Origin: a virus
Lineage: Duplodnaviria; Caudoviricetes
Virus record (IMG/VR): IMGVR_UViG_3300023197_000025
Coordinates: 1 to 34,434 of that record
Reading direction: 5' to 3' (one strand)
Length of the DNA: 34,434 bases
Part shown: positions 1 through 7,312 of the stretch, piece after piece
Numbering within the stretch: the stretch's first letter is position 1
How the letters are laid out: every line of letters starts with the position of its first letter
Program-made: the position numbers and the translations under genes
Notes under the pieces: model-generated
The model's database searches: none
What the model was told of the DNA's origin: nothing
What the model saw: the letters and a program-made list of their open reading frames with translations, nothing else

Positions 1-1
1 G

Positions 2-283
2 CCGGACAAGCACGAGTTCATCGTGAAGGACCCCGAGTCGATGCGGCGGTTCCTCGAACCGCTGATGGACTACCTTGTGGTCCGCTACGAAGTGGCGTCG
101 CTCCTGCTCGAAGTCGTGCTCCCGGCGGTCGAGAACGACGAGCACACCTCGAAGGAAGGCTTCCTCCGGCTGATGCCCGCCGCGGACCAACTCCGGGCGG
201 GGAGTGGCCGGGAAGTGAAGTACGATACTCGGTACTTCGAGAACGAGTGGGAGATGAGCGCCGAGGAACTACTTTCCGAGTAG
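2..283 (+). CDS. C-terminal part of a LAGLIDADG-type homing endonuclease (5' truncated by window)
   Basis: Frame is open from base 2; RFLEPLMDYLVVR...EHTSKEGFLRLM...KYDTRYF resembles the helical C-terminus of single-motif LAGLIDADG proteins; the catalytic motif would lie outside the window. Confidence 0.6.
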   Translation, partial: PDKHEFIVKDPESMRRFLEPLMDYLVVRYEVASLLLEVVLPAVENDEHTSKEGFLRLMPAADQLRAGSGREVKYDTRYFENEWEMSAEELLSE

Positions 284-868
284 CATCTTTTCCGCCCGCT
301 CCGCCTCCTCATCGAGGCCTCGCTCGCGGAGGTCTTCGATGTAGTCTTCAACACTTTGGTCGTCAAGACTCCCGACTGACGCGCCGAGCGATTGCTCGCG
401 GCGACGCTTCGTGGAAGGCATCGCGGTCTGGTCGCCTTCCTCCACGACTTCGGTGACGTTGCCGTTGTCGTCAACGTGGACGATGGCGAAGTCCTCCGGG
501 TCGTGGCGCTTGGTCGCGTCCTCCGGGTGGTCTTTGCGACCGGCGGTCTGACCGAGGTGAATCATCACACCGTGCTTGCCACGGAACGGACGCTCGCAAT
601 AGGGACACAACCGGGCGACCTGCTCGGACTCCCGCTCGTCGGGGTAGTCCATCTCGACCTCGCGGGTGCCAGCGGTCTTCGCGCTGTCGAGGTCGATTTC
701 CGGGGGAATCTCGCCCTGCTCGCCGTGGCCATCGTTCGAGGACTGCATGACGTGGAGATGCAGGGCGCGAGCCAACGGTTCTGCATCACACCCCTCAACG
801 GGGCACTCGACCGTTCGCTCCTCGTTCTTGTGGGTCGTTTTCTTCTGACCCCCATCTGATTTGAGCAT
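269..868 (-). CDS. Protein with two C2H2-type zinc fingers, putative DNA-binding regulator
   Basis: CPVEGC...HLHVMQSSNDGH and CPYC...HLGQTAGRKDH motifs; acidic composition. Confidence 0.8.
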   Translation of the reverse strand: MLKSDGGQKKTTHKNEERTVECPVEGCDAEPLARALHLHVMQSSNDGHGEQGEIPPEIDLDSAKTAGTREVEMDYPDERESEQVARLCPYCERPFRGKHGVMIHLGQTAGRKDHPEDATKRHDPEDFAIVHVDDNGNVTEVVEEGDQTAMPSTKRRREQSLGASVGSLDDQSVEDYIEDLRERGLDEEAERAEKMLLGK

Positions 869-967
869 CGTAGGCTTGCACCTGTTTCACATACAAAGAC
901 GGAAGCTTTACCCTTAAGTCTTGGTAATTACATCACACAAGCGGGACGCAAAGAATCGAAACGACAG

Positions 968-976
968 GCTTTTAGT
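968..976 (+). promoter_or_regulatory. Putative TATA box for the RNA cluster
   Basis: TTTTAG about 25 nt upstream of the structured element starting at 997. Confidence 0.4.
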
Positions 977-996
977 CTTGGCTCCCCTCTAATAGA

Positions 997-1057
997 GTGA
1001 AGGGAGTCGGTGAGAGCCGGTCCCTGATTCCGAGGTCGGAACCCTCGCGGGCTTCAC
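997..1057 (+). ncRNA. Putative structured small RNA (multi-way junction)
   Basis: Outer stem GTGAAG(997-1002)/CTTCAC(1052-1057) encloses a GAGA-tetraloop hairpin and a second hairpin. Confidence 0.4.
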
Positions 1058-1120
1058 CCACCCGATACGGTCCACACGCTCCTCGGGGCTTTTCTCCCCA
1101 GTTCGCACCTCTCCGTTCTC

Positions 1121-1134
1121 CCGAACCCTTTAAC
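1121..1134 (+). promoter_or_regulatory. BRE/TATA promoter upstream of the tRNA cluster
   Basis: CCGAACCCTTTAAC matches haloarchaeal promoter consensus; it lies inside an 11-bp inverted repeat (1077-1087/1136-1146). Confidence 0.55.
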
Positions 1135-1272
1135 TCCCGAGGAGCGGTACGTGGGCTTGAGGGTGAACCTGCTCGGTTCCCCTCGGAAGGTTGTGTCCCG
1201 CCGCGATTCGTTCCGGTTGGGATTCGAGGCGACTGGTCATCGCCTCACTTCTTGCACCTGTGCTACTGCCGT

Positions 1273-1346
1273 GCCGTCGTAACTCAGTTTGGCAGAGTGC
1301 CTGCTTCGTCCGTAGGAAGACGCTGGTTCGAGTCCAGCCGACGGCT
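1273..1346 (+). tRNA. tRNA-Thr(CGT) with atypical C37-C38
   Basis: Full cloverleaf: acceptor GCCGTCG/CGACGGC, D stem ACTC/GAGT, anticodon stem CCTGC/GTAGG, loop TT-CGT-CC, T arm GCTGG-TTCGAGT-CCAGC, discriminator U. Confidence 0.88.
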
Positions 1347-1347
1347 T

Positions 1348-1427
1348 GAGCCGGGCGAGCCGGTCCCGGTGTGGAGGCCGCGTGACCTTGCCCGTAACGG
1401 GCGAGGGCGCGGCAATCCATCCGGCTC
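1348..1427 (+). ncRNA. Long stem-loop RNA element between the two tRNA-like genes
   Basis: GAGCCGG/CCGGCTC closing stem, with inner stems TGGA/TCCA, GCCGCGT/GCGCGGC and CCTTGCCCG-TAA-CGGGCGAGG. Confidence 0.5.
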
Positions 1428-1445
1428 TATCTTTGCCCTCTGCTC

Positions 1446-1583
1446 GGTCGTGTGGCCCAGTGGTTAGGGCGCTCCCATCAGTCCCGTGTTGAACGGTAGC
1501 CCAAAGCCTGACGGCAGAACGGTTCCGTGTGCCACGGCGGCGCAAAACGGGAGCAGTCGCGGGTTCAAATCCCGCCGCGACTG
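1446..1583 (+). tRNA. tRNA-scaffold RNA with a 72-nt segment in place of the anticodon loop (identity undetermined)
   Basis: Acceptor GGTCGTG/CGCGACT, D arm GCCC-AGTGGTTA-GGGC, anticodon stem CTCCC(1472-1476)/GGGAG(1549-1553), T arm GCGGG-TTCAAAT-CCCGC. Confidence 0.75.
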
Positions 1584-1587
1584 TGCC

Positions 1588-1622
1588 GATGGCCCTGCTG
1601 GCGTTGCGGGCCGTCTCCTTTC
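1588..1622 (+). terminator. Hairpin plus pyrimidine tract ending the RNA cluster
   Basis: GATGGCCC.../...GGGCCGTC stem followed by TCCTTT. Confidence 0.4.
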
Positions 1623-1654
1623 GCTAGGACGCCAAAGACTCGAAGCACGTACCC

Positions 1655-2347
1655 ATGACTCTTGCCATCGCCAACATCGTCAGTCGCATCGTCACGCTCC
1701 TGATTCCCGGTCGCTCGGCTTCCCCGAGCGGTGCCAACGCCGTCCGCACGGCCCACAGCGAACTCGAAGACCTCGCCGAGAAGGAGTTCGAGGCCGTGCT
1801 GGAGGAGCCGGACATAGTGGAGGACGCTGAGGCCGAGTTCTTCGGCGACCCCAAGGTGGAAGTCCGACTCCGCGAGACGCCGTTCGATGCGCCTCAGCGG
1901 CTCGTCTTCGACCTCGATGACCCGCAGTTCGAGGCCCTGCTCGAAGCCTTCGACCTCGACATGGACTCGATGGAGGAACTGGCTGGTGAGGCCGTTCCGG
2001 TCCAGTTCGTTCGCGGCAATCCCGTCGTGGACTGGCCGTCCATCCTCGCCGAGAAGCGCGCCGAGGAACGGCGACAGGCCCGCGAGGAGATGGCCGAGGA
2101 AGCACCCGAGGAAGTCGTGACGGAAGACGACGCCCCGGACGAGCAGGAGGCCGATGAGGTCGCCGTCGAGGACGCCGAGCACCAGCCGTCCGATGGCCTC
2201 GACGTGGGCGCAGAGGCCGACGAGAGCGACGACGGCGACGAAGACGAGTCCTCGGCGGTCAACGTCGAGGAGACAACCGTCTCCGCCTCATCGGACGAGT
2301 CCTCGAACGAGGTGGCAACTGACGGGGGTGAGACGACCGATGGCTAA
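1655..2347 (+). CDS. Hypothetical acidic protein
   Basis: 230-aa ORF, haloarchaeal codon usage, D/E-rich tail. Confidence 0.85.
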   Translation: MTLAIANIVSRIVTLLIPGRSASPSGANAVRTAHSELEDLAEKEFEAVLEEPDIVEDAEAEFFGDPKVEVRLRETPFDAPQRLVFDLDDPQFEALLEAFDLDMDSMEELAGEAVPVQFVRGNPVVDWPSILAEKRAEERRQAREEMAEEAPEEVVTEDDAPDEQEADEVAVEDAEHQPSDGLDVGAEADESDDGDEDESSAVNVEETTVSASSDESSNEVATDGGETTDG

Positions 2348-2492
2348 CCACTGTGCCTGTCGGCCCTGTGGCCCGCACTGCTCGTGCAACTGCCACGAGC
2401 ATGACCCGAGCCACAACCGACGAGGCCGACGTGCTGACGAGTCTCTGGTAGCCAACGACCCGGACGTACCTACACGGGGGTATCCGCCGTGA
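2340..2492 (+). CDS. Cys/His-rich microprotein (metallothionein-like N-terminus)
   Basis: ATG overlaps the upstream gene end; MANHCACRPCGPHCSCNCHEH...; 50 aa. Confidence 0.6.
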   Translation: MANHCACRPCGPHCSCNCHEHDPSHNRRGRRADESLVANDPDVPTRGYPP

Positions 2493-2552
2493 GAAAGCGA
2501 CTGCCTCCGAAGCACAAACTCCCACTCCCGGCGAAGTTCCCCTCGCCGCTCC

Positions 2553-2603
2553 CACCGGGCGGGTAAGCAGGCCCGACACACGGTTCGACTCCGTGTCCCG
2601 GCG
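2553..2603 (+). ncRNA. Miniature tRNA-like structure (acceptor-like stem, hairpin, T arm)
   Basis: CACCGGG/CCCGGCG stem, hairpin CGGGT-AAGCAG-GCCCG, T arm ACACGG-TTCGACT-CCGTGT. Confidence 0.5.
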
Positions 2604-2613
2604 TGAGGTCCTG

Positions 2614-2678
2614 TAAGTCTCGAAGTGGTGCGCTTCGAGTCTTTCGTAAGACTGGAAAAACTCGGACCTCAAGTCTTT
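2614..2678. promoter_or_regulatory. Tandem pair of bipartite palindromic operator/promoter motifs
   Basis: TAAGTC-TCGA-N11-TCGA-GTCTTT followed by TAAGAC-N20-GTCTTT. Confidence 0.65.
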
Positions 2679-2737
2679 GAGTGCAGGCCGTTGGTCGCTC
2701 AAAGACTGCGGTTCAACCGACGGCACCCGTTCCAACC

Positions 2738-3892
2738 ATGTCCCGATACAGCAACTCCGGCGGTAGCACAGGCTCGAACAGCGGCGACTACGACGACACG
2801 ACCCTCAAACTCCAGAAGTACGCGGCCATCAGCGTCACGGGCAACCGCGTGAACGCCTACAACTCGGAGTACGGCGACAAGTTCATCGTCGGCTTCGAGG
2901 ACGTGGACGTTCTCGACGGAGTGGTGTTCCAGCGCGAGGACAAGCCCGGTACGTGGAAGGTCTTCTCGGCGGGCAAGTGGTTCAACCTCAACCCCGACGA
3001 CGGACTCGTGTACGAGTCCTACGACCCCGAGGCCGACGAGTACGAGGGGCAGATGAGCGCACAGGACGTGCTCGACCACCCGCGCGTTCTCGGCTTCTCC
3101 GAGACGTTCGGTGGCGACGACTACTTCTACAAGCCCATCGGCGTCATCATCGAGGAGGGCGGCGACGTGGCCCTCAACGATGAGGTCGTCGGCACCGAGG
3201 ACGGCCTCTCGGAGGAGCAGGCCGAGCGTGCCCGCTCCGAGACGGTCATCCCGGTCGGCGAGGTGTCCATGCTCCTGTCGAACAAGGCGTGGACGCGGAC
3301 GCTCGCCAAGAAAATCACCCAGTCCGGCGAGGCGGCGGTCGCTGACGGCGACGACGCCTACGAGGACTTCGGCTGGCTCACCACGGACGAGCCGGAACTC
3401 CGGCCCGAACTCGACGGGCGGGAGATGGAACTGTGGCTCACCGAGGAGCCGATTCCGGGCGAGGACTCGGACGGCACCTACACCACGCCGAACCTCAAGG
3501 ACGTGAAGACTGACAACTTCATCACCATCGAGAACGGCATCCAGTCGGACGGTGACTCGGGGTCTTCGTCTTCGGACGGAGCCACGTCGGACGAGTCTAC
3601 CGGGAACTTCGGCAACTCCAGCGGCTCCGTGAGCAACAGCGACAGTTCTTCGGAGTCCGCGCAGGCCGCTACTGACGGTGGCCAGCCGGAGGACGATGCC
3701 GACGACGGTGACGACGGTGACGGTCTGCCCGGTGACGTGCCCGACGTGCTGGACGACCTTCTCGACTACTTCGCCCGGACGCAGGGCGAGGCCTCGGCGG
3801 AGGAACTACGCGAGTTCGCCGCCGACGAGGTGGACGACCCGGACGCCGTGGACTGGGAGGCCGCGGCGGACGAAGTGGCGTCTCGGGCGTAA
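2738..3892 (+). CDS. Large acidic protein heading the replication module (function unknown; SSB-like role possible)
   Basis: Start refined to the ATG at 2738 (MSRYSN); globular N-terminal part, S/D/G-rich linker, small C-terminal helical domain. Confidence 0.85.
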   Translation: MSRYSNSGGSTGSNSGDYDDTTLKLQKYAAISVTGNRVNAYNSEYGDKFIVGFEDVDVLDGVVFQREDKPGTWKVFSAGKWFNLNPDDGLVYESYDPEADEYEGQMSAQDVLDHPRVLGFSETFGGDDYFYKPIGVIIEEGGDVALNDEVVGTEDGLSEEQAERARSETVIPVGEVSMLLSNKAWTRTLAKKITQSGEAAVADGDDAYEDFGWLTTDEPELRPELDGREMELWLTEEPIPGEDSDGTYTTPNLKDVKTDNFITIENGIQSDGDSGSSSSDGATSDESTGNFGNSSGSVSNSDSSSESAQAATDGGQPEDDADDGDDGDGLPGDVPDVLDDLLDYFARTQGEASAEELREFAADEVDDPDAVDWEAAADEVASRA

Positions 3893-3920
3893 AGACTCGA
3901 CCCTTCCGCCTTCGACTCAT
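3891..3920. promoter_or_regulatory. Bipartite operator/promoter motif copy
   Basis: AAAGAC-TCGA-N11-TCGA-CTCAT, intergenic. Confidence 0.55.
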
Positions 3921-3983
3921 GGACAGCAACCTAAACCGCGACCAGCCGGGGTTCGACCTCGACTGGAACCCTGACGACAACAC

Positions 3984-4289
3984 ATGGACGCACCAGACTT
4001 CCCCGAGACAGTAGAGGTAGAACTCGATGACGGCTCGACCGTCACCGTGCGAGAGACGCAGGACGAAATCTCGGCCAGTGCGGGGCGCAAACTCCAACTG
4101 GACGAGTTCGAGCCTATCAACTCGCAGATGACGGTCACGGCGTCGAAGCCCGAGGCTGGCTTCGCGTCGAAGGACGACCACGACGAGTGGGTAGAGGCAC
4201 AGGCCCGCTACGCACGAGTCGCCGCCGAGCGCGACGTGATGCGGCGCTACGAGCAGTACGTCCGTGAAGAAGCGTTCGGCGACGACTGA
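3984..4289 (+). CDS. Hypothetical protein
   Basis: 101-aa acidic ORF with typical codon usage. Confidence 0.85.
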   Translation: MDAPDFPETVEVELDDGSTVTVRETQDEISASAGRKLQLDEFEPINSQMTVTASKPEAGFASKDDHDEWVEAQARYARVAAERDVMRRYEQYVREEAFGDD

Positions 4290-4414
4290 CGTAGCGCATC
4301 GACCGTTCCTGACCGGAACGAACTGACCTGACCATCGACCCCGCGGGCCGGTAGGGGCAGGGGGCTGACCCCTCCCCGCCGACAGCCCGTGGGGTCGGAC
4401 ACAACCTTCAGACC

Positions 4415-5875
4415 ATGAACGTAGAAAACATCGAGAATCCGACGTTGTATGAGGTAAAACAGTTGACCCGTGACTACGGTCTGGTGGGGGAGGAGGACAC
4501 CGTACTGGTCGTCTTCCTCTCCTTCCTCGGTGGTGGCTTCGTGTTGATGACCGGCCTCTCATCGGGCGGCAAGGACGAAGTGGTGAACGCCGCCGAGTAC
4601 GCGGTCCCCGACGACTGGGTGTTCAAGGTGCCCACGTCGATGAGCAAGACCGTGCTGTACCAACAGCACGTAGACATTAACTCCTCGCCGGTCCACCGCC
4701 ACAAGGACATTTCCAACATCGCGGGCAAGGACTGGCTGGAGGACATTTGGAAGGCTCACGGCGACGGACGCTCCATCACCCACTCGTGGACCGAGGTCAT
4801 GGGGCAGGACCGCGAGGAACGGAGTCAGACGCTTCAGCCGCCGAACTGCATGATTCTGTTCCTCGCGGAGGACAACCAGCAGGTCGATATGAACGACTAC
4901 CCCGAGGTTCGGAACCGGGCGCTGGTCGTGACCATCGACGATTCGCAGTCGCTCACCGAGAAGGTCAACGAGCGGCAGGCTCGCCAGCAGGCGGGCATCA
5001 TCGAATACAACCACAGCGAACAGCGCACCAAGGAGATTCGGGAGTACGTCAGCAGTATCCCGATGCATATGTACGGGGACGAGGGCAACGGCGGCTTCCT
5101 CAACCCCGTCGCTCCGGCGCTGGACAACCAGAACCCGCTCCCACAGCACTTCACCGAGGCTCGCCGTGACTTCCCGCGGCTGAACGACTTCATGCAGAGC
5201 GTCACGCTGTTCCACTACGACGACCGCATGGAGGTTCCGAAGAAGCGGTGGTCGGACGAGATGCGGGTGGACAACATGGTGACGCTTCTCGTGACGCCCG
5301 CCGATGCGTGGCTCGGGATGCGCGTCTTCGGCGAGAAGATGGTCCTGAGCGCGCTGAACCTGCGCGACAAGGACTTCGCCCTGCTGGATATTCTCCGGTC
5401 GAACTACGGCAACCAGTTCGACGTGGGGACGCTCCAGATGAAGATGCGCGACCGGGGCTGGAACATCACGGACAGCGACGTTCGGTCGTCGCTGAAGAAC
5501 ATGAAGGTCAAGGGCTACGTGCGGGTGGACAAGACGGCGACACCCCACCAGTGGTCCGCCTCGGAGTTCGCATCGCAGGTCAGCCGCGGCGTGAACCTCG
5601 ACTGGCCGACGGTTGTCGAGGACACGAAGGACCTCGTTCGGGACCACTATCCCGATGAGGTCGCCGGGGACTACATCTCGCGGTTCTGCGAGGGCGATGG
5701 TCTGCTGGTCACGCACCCGTTCGACGGTCACACGGTGAACCTCAAAGAGCAGACCGCGAACGAACTGGAGGAGAAGGTCGAAGACCAGCAGGTGAAGGAA
5801 GCGACCGAGGCGTTCGGTGGTGGCCTCGGTGGCGACGACGATGACGACGACCCGTCGCAAGGTACACTCACATGA
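4415..5875 (+). CDS. P-loop (AAA+-like) ATPase with C-terminal winged helix; putative replicative helicase
   Basis: Walker A-like GLSSGGKD, ARRDFPRL sensor-like helix, wHTH-like DSDVRSSLKNMKVKGYV; adjacent to primase. Confidence 0.65.
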   Translation: MNVENIENPTLYEVKQLTRDYGLVGEEDTVLVVFLSFLGGGFVLMTGLSSGGKDEVVNAAEYAVPDDWVFKVPTSMSKTVLYQQHVDINSSPVHRHKDISNIAGKDWLEDIWKAHGDGRSITHSWTEVMGQDREERSQTLQPPNCMILFLAEDNQQVDMNDYPEVRNRALVVTIDDSQSLTEKVNERQARQQAGIIEYNHSEQRTKEIREYVSSIPMHMYGDEGNGGFLNPVAPALDNQNPLPQHFTEARRDFPRLNDFMQSVTLFHYDDRMEVPKKRWSDEMRVDNMVTLLVTPADAWLGMRVFGEKMVLSALNLRDKDFALLDILRSNYGNQFDVGTLQMKMRDRGWNITDSDVRSSLKNMKVKGYVRVDKTATPHQWSASEFASQVSRGVNLDWPTVVEDTKDLVRDHYPDEVAGDYISRFCEGDGLLVTHPFDGHTVNLKEQTANELEEKVEDQQVKEATEAFGGGLGGDDDDDDPSQGTLT

Positions 5876-6003
5876 GGCCCACAAAGCGAGATGCGGGGTT
5901 TTGTCCGTTCTGTGGGTCTGGTGAAATCGAACAGCATGGTTCAGGCTACCGCTGTACGAGTGAATCCTGCGAGGTGTCTTACACCTTCTGGATAGAAGCC
6001 TAA
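5872..6003 (+). CDS. CPxCG zinc-ribbon microprotein (43 aa, below ORF-track cutoff)
   Basis: ATGA overlap with the helicase stop; MRPTKRDAGFCPFCGSGEIEQHGSGYRCTSESCEVSYTFWIEA; ends 1 nt before the primase ATG. Confidence 0.7.
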   Translation: MRPTKRDAGFCPFCGSGEIEQHGSGYRCTSESCEVSYTFWIEA

Positions 6004-6004
6004 C

Positions 6005-7228
6005 ATGGACGCGGAACGAGCACTCTGGAAAGCCAGCACAGTCTTCGCACCGGACTTCCCACGCCGCTGTTCCGATGACGGCACGATACAGACCCCGAGG
6101 AACAACCGCGCCGAGTTCGTGGACGCACTGAAACGGGCCAGCGAGACGGATATGCCGGGCTACTACTCGGTGTATTCGTTCCCTCGGGGCGAGCCGAAGG
6201 ACGGCAACATCCCACACGTCGATTGCATCTTCATCGACCTCGACGTGGAGGGCGACGCCTACGACCCCAACGGGGGTAACACAGACTTCGGGGCGTGGCG
6301 TCGTGACATGAGCGCCCTGCTCGCTCGCGCTCGGATGATTGCCGACGCCATCATCGAGGCGGAGCAGGAGGACCACTTCCGTGTGACCCTTTCGGGCCAC
6401 AAGGGCCTCCACCTCTACCTCGACTTCCCGATGGTCAGCCCGGAGAACGGCGAGTTCGGGCAGTTCAAGAACGGTCTTGCCGAGTACGGCGAGACGGTGA
6501 TGGACTGGCTGGACAGCATCGCCGGGGGCGTCAACATCGACCCGTGGGTTGACGTGGACGCTTCGGACCTCGCCCGGCTCGCTCGGCACCCGAACACCCG
6601 CCACCACGGGGCGGCCTACGACGACGAGGAACGCTGGTGTGTTCCCATCACGGTCGAAGAACTTGCCGACCTCCACTGGGAGGACTACCTCGACTACACC
6701 AGCGCGCCGCGGTGGCCTGACGGCTACGAACGGAACCCCTCGGAGTCGGCGGGGCAGAAGGTCGTCCAGCACATCCGCAACGCGGCGACCTCATCGCGTC
6801 GAAGCCGGGGTAGCCGCTCGTCCTACGACCCCGGCGCGGTCAAGGCCTACAAGGAGGAATCCAACGATGACATAGAACTCGAAGACGTGCTGTTCCTCAC
6901 CTCGAACAAACCCTGCATCAAGGCGTTCCGTCAGCGTGACGACGCCTACAACTACGGTGAATCGTCCCGAGCGATGGAACTCAACATCATGGGGCGTTTC
7001 ATCGAGATGGACGTTCCCATCGAGGTGATGCACGAGTTCTTCGAGCCGATTCCCGGCTACGACGAGGACTTCACACAGCACCTCATCGAGGACCTAATCG
7101 GTCGCGGCTACAAGGAGTTCAACTGCGAAAACATCGTCGGCACGGAAGAAACGCCGGGTAGAGCGCCACAGTTCTGTCTCAAGGAAAACTGTGGTGTCTA
7201 CCAGCGGGCCGACGACCTCGAAGCATAG
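6005..7228 (+). CDS. Archaeo-eukaryotic primase, catalytic PriS domain fused to a PriL-like Fe-S domain
   Basis: AEP motifs FIDLD, SGHKGLHLY and D...RLARHPNT; C-terminal four Cys (KPC...FNC...FCLKENC). Confidence 0.85.
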   Translation: MDAERALWKASTVFAPDFPRRCSDDGTIQTPRNNRAEFVDALKRASETDMPGYYSVYSFPRGEPKDGNIPHVDCIFIDLDVEGDAYDPNGGNTDFGAWRRDMSALLARARMIADAIIEAEQEDHFRVTLSGHKGLHLYLDFPMVSPENGEFGQFKNGLAEYGETVMDWLDSIAGGVNIDPWVDVDASDLARLARHPNTRHHGAAYDDEERWCVPITVEELADLHWEDYLDYTSAPRWPDGYERNPSESAGQKVVQHIRNAATSSRRSRGSRSSYDPGAVKAYKEESNDDIELEDVLFLTSNKPCIKAFRQRDDAYNYGESSRAMELNIMGRFIEMDVPIEVMHEFFEPIPGYDEDFTQHLIEDLIGRGYKEFNCENIVGTEETPGRAPQFCLKENCGVYQRADDLEA

Positions 7229-7312
7229 CGCGCTAAAGACCCCTGTCCTTGCGGTTGCACCGTGTTCCCGAGCGTTTGGAGCACGGTGAGCCTTTCCCAC
7301 TCGAAGTTCACT

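Noticed and set aside
1477-1481. Reading the second tRNA as an opal suppressor/Sec (TCA), Met (CAT) or Leu (CAG) tRNA
   Set aside because: TCA and CAT are out of register with the anticodon stem; CAG would need a long variable arm and a purine at 37; no splice sites define a mature loop
1486-1511. Box C/D guide RNA inside the tRNA insert (GTGTTGA...CTGA)
   Set aside because: Only one degenerate C box and one D box, no second pair, and no evident target
997-1545. ORF-track proteins across the RNA cluster
   Set aside because: Arg/Pro-rich with non-halophilic composition; they overlap clear tRNA structures
3540-3730. S/D/G-rich low-complexity stretch as a DNA repeat array
   Set aside because: It encodes a disordered linker and has no regular nucleotide periodicity
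4559-6772. Long antisense ORFs (4559-6772, 7094-8251, 15410-17674 and similar)
   Set aside because: Shadow frames of strongly biased GC-rich genes; V/L/R/H-rich, not acidic, and overlapping genes with clear motifs
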